DNA of 64,000 nt, from assembly GCA_963706325.1 (NCBI GenBank), contig CAVPLT010000001.1, forward strand, positions 1,056,001 through 1,120,000, written 5' to 3'. Shown here piece after piece: positions 1 through 8,468 of this stretch. The notes below the pieces were generated by a model, which worked only from the letters and a program-made list of their open reading frames with translations, was not told the origin of the DNA and did no database searches. How positions within the stretch are numbered: the first letter of the stretch is position 1; each line of letters starts with the position of its first letter. The position numbers and the translations under genes are program-made. The stretch is from an uncultured Nitrospiraceae bacterium. GTDB taxonomy: Bacteria > Nitrospirota > Nitrospiria > Nitrospirales > Nitrospiraceae.

Positions 1-678
1 GTGGGCCTCTACGCCCTCGTGTGCTTCGGGTTCTTCACATTTTTCCTTCCGGTGATGACCGGTTTAATGAACGCAATGGTTTTTCTGGCTGGAGCAGGCC
101 TCACGATCCTGGTCGTGTGGCGCGTGGTGCACCTGATCTATTGGCGGAATTCGGCCCGTACCAATCGTGAAGCCATGCTGGCCGGCGCACCGGCACTGGC
201 CCTAGTCGGCCTATTGATCGGGTTCTATTTTTTGAACTGGATTCCACCCGTGCCGCTGTCGATGAAGTTCGGGGGGATGTATCACGAAGTGAAGCGGTCC
301 GGCGAGCACTTCGAATTGTCGTATGAGCGGGCGTGGTACGAGTCCTGGAAACGGTCGAATACGACGTTCACCGCCGGCGAGCCGATTTACTGCTTCACGG
401 CGGTGTTCGCGCCCGTGACGCTGAAAACCACCGTCTATCACCATTGGTTTCACCGCAGCGACAAGGGCAAGCCCTTCAGCCATGCCGACAAGATTCCACT
501 CAAGATTGCCGGGGGCCGTGAGGGGGGGTACCGGGCTTATACCTTCAAGCAGGGGCTCGATCCCGGCGACTGGCGGGTGGATATCGAAACCGAAGACGGC
601 CGCGTCATCGGAAGGGTGGCTGTCCGGGTGGAGGATAGGCGGGAGCGACGGCAGCTATTACACACGGTCGTCTACTGA
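1..678 (+). CDS. DUF2914 domain-containing membrane protein (5' truncated by window edge)
   Basis: TM helices followed by a C-terminal Ig-like domain with IPPVPL, YCFTAVFAP, GGREGGYRAYTFK and PGDWRVDIETEDGRVIGR motifs. Confidence 0.75.
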   Translation: MGLYALVCFGFFTFFLPVMTGLMNAMVFLAGAGLTILVVWRVVHLIYWRNSARTNREAMLAGAPALALVGLLIGFYFLNWIPPVPLSMKFGGMYHEVKRSGEHFELSYERAWYESWKRSNTTFTAGEPIYCFTAVFAPVTLKTTVYHHWFHRSDKGKPFSHADKIPLKIAGGREGGYRAYTFKQGLDPGDWRVDIETEDGRVIGRVAVRVEDRRERRQLLHTVVY

Positions 679-699
679 CGGGACGAACCGAGATATCCC

Positions 700-1107
700 A
701 TGAGGCGCATCAGCGGGCTTGCGCTCCTTGAGTGACGGGAAGGTGAGAGCAGGCCGCGCAGACGGGCGATCGCGTCGTCTACAATATGCGCATCTTTCTC
801 AATCGAGGCGACGAGGTGCCGTTGAATGTATGCCAGGCGGCAAACCTTCCTCCTGAGATGGTGCGGGTTGAGAGCGACGTGACGTCGATCACACCATTGT
901 GTTTGGACGGCGTCAGGCCATCGCCGCCATCGAACAGGCCCCTATCGGCACGAAAGTCGGCGGCGGCGCGTAAGGCATGCATCGCTCTCATCTCGCCTAT
1001 CGAGACGAAGCGGCGGCCACCTGGGCCCGCCTGATACGGCGGTGATTGTCGAACTCTGGTTGAGGAAAAGCCTGTATGATGAAAAGGCAAATAGTAGAGA
1101 CACATGA
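700..1107 (+). pseudogene. FKBP-type peptidyl-prolyl cis-trans isomerase, degraded
   Basis: Joining frames gives MRRISGLALLE*REGE..QTGDRVVYNMRIFLNRGDEVPLN..VDHTIVFGRRQAIAAIEQAPIGTKVGG..RK.CI..HLAYRD..PPDTAVIVELWLR, an FKBP-like sequence with an in-frame TGA at 733-735 and several frameshifts. Confidence 0.75.
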
Positions 1108-1229
1108 TGAGCCCGAGTAATGGAGGAATGGATTTGGATGAAGATCGAGGTAGGCGAGAACTATGGGAGCACCGGGCACAGGCCATCCATGTGCCCGCTC
1201 AATATGAAAATGGCTCCGGAGGAGTGTGG

Positions 1230-2123
1230 ATGATGGGGTGGTACCGTGTTCAACTGATGGTGATAGTTGTTGCGGTGTTGTGTGGCTGGACCCTTCCAGC
1301 CATAGCGGAGGAGTCGTCGCCGCGGGCGGTGCCTTGGCAAGTCGGCCCGACCGAGGCCAAATTGGGCGATCAGGCGCTTCTCAAAGTGCCTCAGGGATAC
1401 CGGTTCCTTGGGAAGCAAGAGACTCAACAGCTGCTCAAACAGATGGGCAATTTTCCTTCCGGCTCTGAATTGGGTCTGATCACCTCGGCGATCGAGGGGC
1501 AGGAGTGGTTCATGGTGGTGCGTTATATCGATGCAGGCTATGTGAAGGATGATGAGGCGGCCAACTGGGACGCCGATGCGCTCATGGCTTCCATCAAAGA
1601 AGGCACGGACGAGGATAACAAGACCAGGCAATCGCAAGGTTTTCCCCCGTTGGTCGTTCGTGGTTGGGAGGAAAAGCCGCATTACGATAAGGCTGCGAAC
1701 AAAGTGGTGTGGGCCATCTCGGCGCAGGAGCGGGAGACGGTGGGGGTGAACTACAACACGTTGGCCTTGGGTCGGCAGGGGTATCTCAGCATGAACATGG
1801 TCGGGTCTTTGGAAGAGCTGCCGACCTTGAAGCCGCATGTGGGGCTGCTTCTATCCAACGTGGAATTTATCGAGGGTAAACGCTACAGCGATTTCGACAG
1901 CACGACCGACAAGGTTGCCGCGGTCGGTCTGTCGGCGCTCATCGCAGGCGCCGCGATCAAGTCGGGACTGCTGGCCAAGTTATGGGCATTCATTATTCCC
2001 CTCGTCATAGCAGGGAAGAAGCTGCTGATGTTGTTGGTGATTGCGCTGGGCGGATTGGCCGCGAAGTATTTTAAGAAGAAATCCAAGCCGGAACAATTGG
2101 GCGATGGTGGAGGCTTGTCGTGA
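1230..2123 (+). CDS. DUF2167 family membrane-anchored protein
   Basis: Signal peptide, GYVKDDEA, GWEEKPHYD, NYNTLALGRQG and GKRYSDFD..TDKVAAVGLSALI motifs, C-terminal TM anchor. Start placed after GGAGGAG. Confidence 0.8.
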   Translation: MMGWYRVQLMVIVVAVLCGWTLPAIAEESSPRAVPWQVGPTEAKLGDQALLKVPQGYRFLGKQETQQLLKQMGNFPSGSELGLITSAIEGQEWFMVVRYIDAGYVKDDEAANWDADALMASIKEGTDEDNKTRQSQGFPPLVVRGWEEKPHYDKAANKVVWAISAQERETVGVNYNTLALGRQGYLSMNMVGSLEELPTLKPHVGLLLSNVEFIEGKRYSDFDSTTDKVAAVGLSALIAGAAIKSGLLAKLWAFIIPLVIAGKKLLMLLVIALGGLAAKYFKKKSKPEQLGDGGGLS

Positions 2124-2833
2124 AGGTTCTGCTGTTGTTGCTCGCGGGACTTAAGTTCGGCAAGGTCGCGCTGACCGGCGGGACGATGCTGATCTCCATG
2201 GTGGCCTACAGTTTTATCTTTGGCTGGTGGTATTCAGTAGGGTTTGTGCTGCTGATTCTGTTTCACGAGCTGGGTCATTACGGGGCGGCGAAGCAGCGCA
2301 ATCTGAATGTCGGTGCGCCCACCTTCATTCCTTTTGTCGGCGCTTGGATTCAGCTCAAAGAGCAACCGATGGACGTGGAAACTGAGGCGTATGTCGGCAT
2401 CGCCGGGCCGGTCACCGGAACTGTAGCCGCAATGGCCTGTTATTACGCGGCGGAATATACCCACAGCCAGCTGCTCTTGGCCTTGGCCTATGCCGGGTTC
2501 ATGATCAATTTGTTCAATCTTATTCCAATATCTCCGTTGGATGGGGGGCGGATCACGGCCATCATCTCGCCCAAGGTCTGGTGGCTGGGTATGCCGATTC
2601 TCATCGGCCTCTTCTTCATCACCCACAGCCCTATGCTGTTGTTGGTCGCCATTCTGGCCTTTCCCCACGTGATGTCCACGTTCCGAGGCGGTCCCCACGG
2701 ATTGCCTGCACGCTACTATGACGTGCCACTGGCGACCAGGATCAGTTATGGGCTGTACTACCTTGGGCTCGCTGCCTTTCTTGGTATCATGAGTTATGAG
2801 ACGCATCTGCTCCTGCCTTCCTCACAAGGCTGA
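2120..2833 (+). CDS. Site-2 protease family (M50) membrane metallopeptidase
   Basis: HELGH (HExxH), IAGP and NLIPISPLDGG motifs; GTGA overlap with upstream gene. Confidence 0.9.
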   Translation: MKVLLLLLAGLKFGKVALTGGTMLISMVAYSFIFGWWYSVGFVLLILFHELGHYGAAKQRNLNVGAPTFIPFVGAWIQLKEQPMDVETEAYVGIAGPVTGTVAAMACYYAAEYTHSQLLLALAYAGFMINLFNLIPISPLDGGRITAIISPKVWWLGMPILIGLFFITHSPMLLLVAILAFPHVMSTFRGGPHGLPARYYDVPLATRISYGLYYLGLAAFLGIMSYETHLLLPSSQG

Positions 2834-2886
2834 GGGACCCTGTTCAGCGAGACACCAGTCACAATCATGCAATCCGTGGAGACAGG

Positions 2887-3597
2887 GTGGAAGAGTTCAT
2901 CGCTGAGGTGAGCCACATCCAGGATTTGACGCACGACGTGCGGGCAATTGAGCTGCGCCTTCTGGAACCAAGCGACATTATGTTCAAGGCAGGGCAGTTT
3001 GTCTCGTTTGAGATGCCGAAGGAAGGGCAACCTCGTCCTGTGACGAGACCCTATTCCGTGGCCTCGCCACCCAGTCAGGGAGATCGCATTCTTCTGATCC
3101 TCAATCTGGTCCAGGGGGGCCCCGGTTCGAGTTACCTCTTCAGCTTGCGGGAAGGTTCTCGAACCTCGTTCAAAGGGCCGGCAGGATCGTTCTATTTGCG
3201 AGGCGATGGCTCAAGAGACCTGTTGTTCGTCGCCACGGGAACCGGCATCGCTCCATTCCGCAGCATGATCTTGGCTCAACTGGAGCGTGGGGAGTCACGA
3301 TCCGTGACCTTGTTCTGGGGGCTTCGCAGCCAGCGGGATCTATATCTACAGGCGGAGCTGCAGGAACTGGCTCGTGCCTATCCTAAGTTTTCCTACGTGA
3401 CGACGCTTTCCAGGCCGGAACCTGGATGGAACGGCGCGATCGGACGAGTGACGGCCTTGATCGACCAGCGTGTTCCCTCAGTGAAAAACCTTGCGGCCTA
3501 TCTATGCGGCGGAAACGGCATGATCAAGGATGTCACGACAAAGCTCAATGCCAAGGGGTTGTGTCCGATCTATCGGGAAAAGTATTACGACGATTAG
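2887..3597 (+). CDS. FAD/NAD(P)-binding oxidoreductase (FNR-like, no ferredoxin domain)
   Basis: FKAGQF, RPYS, ATGTGIAPF and YLCG motifs. Confidence 0.85.
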   Translation: MEEFIAEVSHIQDLTHDVRAIELRLLEPSDIMFKAGQFVSFEMPKEGQPRPVTRPYSVASPPSQGDRILLILNLVQGGPGSSYLFSLREGSRTSFKGPAGSFYLRGDGSRDLLFVATGTGIAPFRSMILAQLERGESRSVTLFWGLRSQRDLYLQAELQELARAYPKFSYVTTLSRPEPGWNGAIGRVTALIDQRVPSVKNLAAYLCGGNGMIKDVTTKLNAKGLCPIYREKYYDD

Positions 3598-3719
3598 CAG
3601 GCCGATGAAAGAGGCCGCCAACGGCGTTCTCGCGTCGCTCACTCCTTCGACGTACAAGAACAGTACGCCTCAGTCATTCGCTAGCTGCGGCCTTGTTCGC
3701 GACCTCCTTGATCGGCCTG
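3598..3719. repeat. Palindromic intergenic repeat (MITE/REP-like), copy 1
   Basis: Terminal inverted repeats CAGGCCGAT/ATCGGCCTG; core CGTTCTCG..ACGTAC..GTACGCCTC..CTGCGGCCTT shared with the copy at 31999. Confidence 0.8.
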
Positions 3720-3749
3720 GGCTATTTCTGCCCTCCAAAGGCAAGAGGT

Positions 3750-3935
3750 CTACTGAGTCTTCGGAACGCGTTTGGTGGTGTGTTGAAATACGCACTTGGG
3801 GCAAGTGTAATGGATGAACTGGCCGCCCGCGACAAGGCGTTTGGTCATCGCGACCTTGCACCAGGTGCAGACACGTTCCGGCAAGTCGGCGGTGTCGGCG
3901 GGGGTGATTGATTGCGGCACGGATACGTCAGCCAT
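3750..3935 (-). CDS. Small zinc-ribbon protein (CxxC..CxxC)
   Basis: CTWC and CPKC pairs; minus-strand TTGACA-N18-GAGAAT promoter ends just before the ATG at 3935. Confidence 0.6.
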   Translation of the reverse strand: MADVSVPQSITPADTADLPERVCTWCKVAMTKRLVAGGQFIHYTCPKCVFQHTTKRVPKTQ

Positions 3936-4006
3936 GGTCGGCATTCTCGCTAAGGGCTCAAGAGTTTGTCAATGTGATCAGTCACGAGAAATTTCGGAGA
4001 TAAATA

Positions 4007-4035
4007 TTTACAGGGTTTCAAACCTTGAGTATATT
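4007..4035 (+). promoter_or_regulatory. Sigma70-type promoter for the speD-like gene, with an inverted repeat in the spacer
   Basis: TTTACA-N17-TATATT; CAGGGTTT-C-AAACCTTG at 4011-4027. Confidence 0.55.
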
Positions 4036-4088
4036 GCAACGTATGTTTTCCCACCCCCACCGTTCCCAACAGAAAGGTCGTATCGCAT

Positions 4089-4532
4089 ATGCACAACGCC
4101 GAAGGTGTCAGCTCAGACGACATCTCATCATCTTCAGCCAGGGTTGCTGACTCCGCGGTCCATCCGGACTCCGTCGGACCAGGCAAAGCCTGGGGAATTT
4201 GCACCTCCGTCGACCTCCACGATTGCGTCCCCGACCGTATCCGTGATGCCAAACAAATCGAAGCCTACGTGGTTCAGCTTTGCGAGCTGATCGAGATGAA
4301 GCGCTACGGCGCCTGCCAGGTCGTCAATTTCGGTGAAGGGCGTGTGGCCGGCTATAGCATGGTGCAGTTGATCGAGACCTCCTTGATCAGCGGGCACTTC
4401 GCCAATGACACGAACAGCGCCTATCTGGATATCTTCAGTTGCAAGGGCTACGATCCGGCCATCGTCGAAGAATTTTCCAAAGCCTTTTTCGGCGCCCGTC
4501 GCTCAAGCCATCGAGCCATGTTGCGTTACTAA
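4089..4532 (+). CDS. speD: S-adenosylmethionine decarboxylase family proenzyme (pyruvoyl-dependent)
   Basis: WG..TSVDLHDC, GYSMVQLIETSLISGHF and YLDIFSCK match the small AdoMetDC fold. Confidence 0.75.
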   Translation: MHNAEGVSSDDISSSSARVADSAVHPDSVGPGKAWGICTSVDLHDCVPDRIRDAKQIEAYVVQLCELIEMKRYGACQVVNFGEGRVAGYSMVQLIETSLISGHFANDTNSAYLDIFSCKGYDPAIVEEFSKAFFGARRSSHRAMLRY

Positions 4533-4592
4533 ACGAGAGCCGTAGCACGCCCGGCCCATGCAGGGCCTCGGGTGTTGCCAATTCTGCACGTC

Positions 4593-4937
4593 ATGACTCA
4601 AAGTCCACCCAAAACCGTACGGGCGTTTTTCTCTACCCTCGCCGGCAAACTAAATCGTGAGGCGGCCGAAGGACTGGATGCGGTCTACCAGTTCGATTTG
4701 AACGGCGCCGATGGGGGACAGTACCAACTGCAGATCCGGGACGGTGCTTGTCAAGTTTCGGAAGGCACCCACCCGGATCCGCATGTGACGCTGGCGATGT
4801 CAGGTGAAGATTGTCTCCGGGTGCTGAACGGTCAGGTCAGCGGCACCATGGTGGCCATGTCGGGACGTTTGCGCATCAGCGGCGACATGGGGTTGGCATT
4901 GCAGCTAGCATCGCTCTTTCCAAGCCTTCGTCCGTAG
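4593..4937 (+). CDS. SCP2 sterol/lipid-binding domain protein
   Basis: YQFDLNG.DGG.Y..I.DG, PDPHVTL and AMSGRLRISGDMGLAL patterns. Confidence 0.85.
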   Translation: MTQSPPKTVRAFFSTLAGKLNREAAEGLDAVYQFDLNGADGGQYQLQIRDGACQVSEGTHPDPHVTLAMSGEDCLRVLNGQVSGTMVAMSGRLRISGDMGLALQLASLFPSLRP

Positions 4938-5088
4938 CAGGATGTTGAAAAAGTCCGCCAGCTTTGTTCTCGCATTGTGGCCGCGCAGGACGACCTTTTT
5001 GACCATCCTGCGGGCGTTCTGAATATCTGCCTCATCTTACCATCACTTTTTTCAGGGACAGCGAAATGGTTTTTCAACGGCTCGCTAG
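4938..5088. repeat. Palindromic intergenic repeat, copy 2 (internally deleted core 4938-5010 plus extension ending in a TIR-like end)
   Basis: CAGGATGTTGAAAAAG..CTTTTTGACCATCCTG, then a second end TTTTTCAACGGCTCG-CTAG at 5070-5088. Confidence 0.75.
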
Positions 5089-5205
5089 GGACCCTCTCGC
5101 TTCTTCCTATTTCTAGCAAATCCCCAACATTCTCAACGCAAAAAGCGTGCGCTTTTCGCTGGCGCCGGTTCTGCTTCGTGATGTAGGCGATTGTGCAGGC
5201 GGTCG

Positions 5206-8200
5206 TCATATCGGCTGAACCGCCGGCTCGCCGGCTTGGGATTCAGCCAGTTGTTCTGTGCTCCGCGGAAACCGTTCCTCCAACATCGCATAGACGGTCG
5301 GAACCAGGAACAGGGTTAAGATCGTCGAAACGGTGAGACCGCCCACTACAGCTCGGGCCAGCGGCGCATTCGTTTCGCTGCCTGTGCCGAGGCCCAACGC
5401 CATGGGCATCAGTCCCACCACGGTGGCCAGCGAGGTCATGAGGATGGGGCGCAGCCGCGTGCGTGATGCCGTGACCACGGCACTCGCAAGATCTAACCCT
5501 CGGCGCCGCAGCACATTGGTGTAGTCCACCAGCAACACACCGTTCGACACCACGATGCCGAGCATCATGATGATTCCCATCATCGACGAGGTTGAGATGG
5601 TAGTGTTGGTCAGGTAGAGGATGACGATGACGCCCGGGATACCCATAGGTACCGAGAACATGATGATAAAGGGATCGATGAGCGACTTAAATTGCGCCGC
5701 CATGACCATGTACACCAGGATTAAGGCCAAGATGCTGGCAAACATGAGGCCCGCAAAGGTTTCTCGCTGCTGCTGGATCTGCCCGGCAAGACGAATGCTG
5801 AATCCCGGCGGCAATTGCAGCTGGTCGAACGCTGACTCCAAATCTTGGGCGATGGATCCAAGATCGCGGTCGACGGGGTTGGCGGTAATATGAACAACTC
5901 GCTGGAAATATTTGCGTTCTATTTTTACGGGGCCGGCGTTCAGCTTCAACGTCGCCAGGTTCTTGAGCAACACCGGCTCTCCGTTTTTCGTCGTCAAGAG
6001 GACGTTTTCGATATCCGTCAGGTCTTTGCGATGTTCTTCGGCGAGCCAGGCGCTGATGTAATACTCATTGCCGTTTTGCGGGTCGGTGAAGATGATGGGG
6101 TCGGTCTGGCCGTTGCCGTTTAAGGAAAACAGCACGGCGTTGGCGACGTCCGTTTCGCTGATGCCGAGCAGCGCCGCCTTCTCTCGGTCTACGACCACGT
6201 TGACCTCCGGGTAGTTTTCTTCCCGGCTGACTTCGATATCCGCCATGCCCGGTATTTTGTGCATGATGTCCTGCACCTGCTGGATGGCGCTACGGGCTTT
6301 TTCAAAGTCGTAGCCGTAAATTTCGACGTCGATAGACTTTTGTGAGCCGAAGCTGGTGACTCGTTTGACCAATCCTCCCGGATCGAAGAACATCGCCACG
6401 CCGGGGAAGAGTTTGAGAATCGCGGGACGGACGGCGTTCATGACTTCGACCTGAGTGCGGCGTCGCTTATCGGGGGACACCAAATAGACGGAAATGACCG
6501 ATGTATGCGGTCCGGTGTTGGGGTTGAACAATGATGACCGCCCCTGCGCCAATACGCCGGTGCTGGACGCAATGGCTTCTAGTTCCGTCGAAGGAATCAT
6601 GTCCCGCAACACCCGTTCGACTTCAGCCACTTGATCGACGGTTTTTTCCACCCGCTGGCCGACCGGCCCGCGTAAGACGATACGGAATTGGCTTTCATCC
6701 GAGACCGGAAGAAATTCGGTCCCGATGAAAGGCACGAGGCCGAGAGAACTCACAAAGATGACGACGACCGAGATCAGCAATGTCCGGCGGTGAGCCAGGA
6801 CCCAGCGAAGGCTGCGCTCATAGCCTTCGTCGAGGGCCTCATAGCGCCGTTGGCTCCATTGCATGATCCTCACGAACCAGCCCGGCAAGTGGCGATGCGC
6901 TTCCTGTTCCGATCTCAAAAATCGATAACAGAGCGCCGGCGTCACCGTGCGGGAGACGAAGAACGATGTGAACAGAGCGATGGCGATCGTCAGGGTCAAT
7001 GGAATGAGCAACAGGCGCGCGATGCCGACGATGAAAAACATGGGAAGGAAGACGACGACCGTGGTAACCGTCGAGGCCAAGATCGGCATGGCGACTTCGC
7101 GCGCGGCATTCACGATGGCGTCCCACCGGTTCCGATCGACGTTCAAGTGACGTTGAATATTTTCCAATTCCACGATGGAGTCATCGACTAGACGTCCGAT
7201 GCCAAGCGCCAGCCCGCCCATGGTAAAGACGTTCAGGGTTTGATTCGTGAAGTAGAGCACGATGAAGGTCACCAAGATCGAGAGGGGAATGGCGACCGAG
7301 ATGATCAGGGTGCTGGTCAGGTTTCTGAGGAACAGGAGAATGACCGCCGCTGCGAGCAATGATCCATGAAGGGCTTGCTCGATGAGGTTCTTGATCGACT
7401 GCCGGATGTAGACGGATTGATCGAAGGAAATGCCCAATTGCACGCCCGGCGGAATCCCGATCATGTTGGGGATCGCTTTCCGCAAGGCATCGACCACTTC
7501 CACCGTGTTCGCAATCGGCTGTTTGTTCACGCGGAGATAGACGGAGCGTTTACCGTCCGTGCGAACGACGTTGGTTTGGATGTCTGAGGAATCTGTCAAT
7601 ACGCCGACGTCGCGCACTCGCACGGGGTTGCCTCTGGGATCGATCTTGACCACGACGTCGTTGATCGGCTCCACCGTCTTGAACTGCGTATTCGTGAACA
7701 CGTTGTAGTCTAGGTTGCCCGCCTTAATGTCACCCGAAGGGAGAATCAGGTTGGAGGCTTTAACGGCCTTGACCACGTCGAGGATGGAGAGTCCGCGCGC
7801 TTGCAGCAGCGCCGGGTCCAGGTTGATGTTGATCTGCCGAATTTTACCGCCCTCAACCGTAGCGGCCGCGACGTTCGCGATTTGTTCAATCTGTGGCGCG
7901 ATGGTGTTATAGGCCAGATCGTAGAGCCCTCGTTCGTCGAGGTCGCCGCCCGCTACCGTCACCATGGCGACGGGAATATTGGAGACGTCGAACTTAACGA
8001 TGAATGGCTGCAGAATACCGGGCGGCAGGCTGTTGAGGATTTGGGTGATGCGTTGCATCACCTCCATTTGCCCTACATTGATATCCGCGCCCCAGTTGAA
8101 CCAGACCTGAACCGCCCCAATGCCTTGCTTCGCGAATGATTCGACATGCTCGACGTTCGATGCGGAGCTGACGGCCTTTTCAATCGGATAGACCACGCTC

Positions 8201-8382
8201 TGTTCGATATCGAGTGGAGGCGCCCCTTTATAAATGACGCCGACAAAGGCGACCGGCACCTGAATGTTGGGGAACAGATCGACAGGAAGACGTTCGAGGG
8301 ACGTGGCTCCCAGAATGACCATGGCCAGGGACAGCATCAGGATGCCGATACGGTTGCGAAGTGCGAGGAGTGTCAGCCACAT
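5206..8382 (-). CDS. RND efflux transporter permease (AcrB/MdtC family)
   Basis: 1058 aa; LPVDLFP, GRLVDDSIVELENI and RLRPILMT motifs. Confidence 0.95.
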   Translation of the reverse strand: MWLTLLALRNRIGILMLSLAMVILGATSLERLPVDLFPNIQVPVAFVGVIYKGAPPLDIEQSVVYPIEKAVSSASNVEHVESFAKQGIGAVQVWFNWGADINVGQMEVMQRITQILNSLPPGILQPFIVKFDVSNIPVAMVTVAGGDLDERGLYDLAYNTIAPQIEQIANVAAATVEGGKIRQININLDPALLQARGLSILDVVKAVKASNLILPSGDIKAGNLDYNVFTNTQFKTVEPINDVVVKIDPRGNPVRVRDVGVLTDSSDIQTNVVRTDGKRSVYLRVNKQPIANTVEVVDALRKAIPNMIGIPPGVQLGISFDQSVYIRQSIKNLIEQALHGSLLAAAVILLFLRNLTSTLIISVAIPLSILVTFIVLYFTNQTLNVFTMGGLALGIGRLVDDSIVELENIQRHLNVDRNRWDAIVNAAREVAMPILASTVTTVVVFLPMFFIVGIARLLLIPLTLTIAIALFTSFFVSRTVTPALCYRFLRSEQEAHRHLPGWFVRIMQWSQRRYEALDEGYERSLRWVLAHRRTLLISVVVIFVSSLGLVPFIGTEFLPVSDESQFRIVLRGPVGQRVEKTVDQVAEVERVLRDMIPSTELEAIASSTGVLAQGRSSLFNPNTGPHTSVISVYLVSPDKRRRTQVEVMNAVRPAILKLFPGVAMFFDPGGLVKRVTSFGSQKSIDVEIYGYDFEKARSAIQQVQDIMHKIPGMADIEVSREENYPEVNVVVDREKAALLGISETDVANAVLFSLNGNGQTDPIIFTDPQNGNEYYISAWLAEEHRKDLTDIENVLLTTKNGEPVLLKNLATLKLNAGPVKIERKYFQRVVHITANPVDRDLGSIAQDLESAFDQLQLPPGFSIRLAGQIQQQRETFAGLMFASILALILVYMVMAAQFKSLIDPFIIMFSVPMGIPGVIVILYLTNTTISTSSMMGIIMMLGIVVSNGVLLVDYTNVLRRRGLDLASAVVTASRTRLRPILMTSLATVVGLMPMALGLGTGSETNAPLARAVVGGLTVSTILTLFLVPTVYAMLEERFPRSTEQLAESQAGEPAVQPI

Positions 8383-8468
8383 AATGATGAAGGCGTTAGG
8401 CGTGAGGCATACAATTCGATCGGTCGAGCGACGATCTCTGGGTGTCCAACGTGTTCATGTTCTGCCCC

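Noticed and set aside
786..1034. 82-aa ORF as an independent gene
   Set aside because: Fragment of the FKBP pseudogene
5141..5156. AAAAGCG-TG-CGCTTTT palindrome between convergent genes
   Set aside because: Stem too short and loop too small to call a terminator confidently
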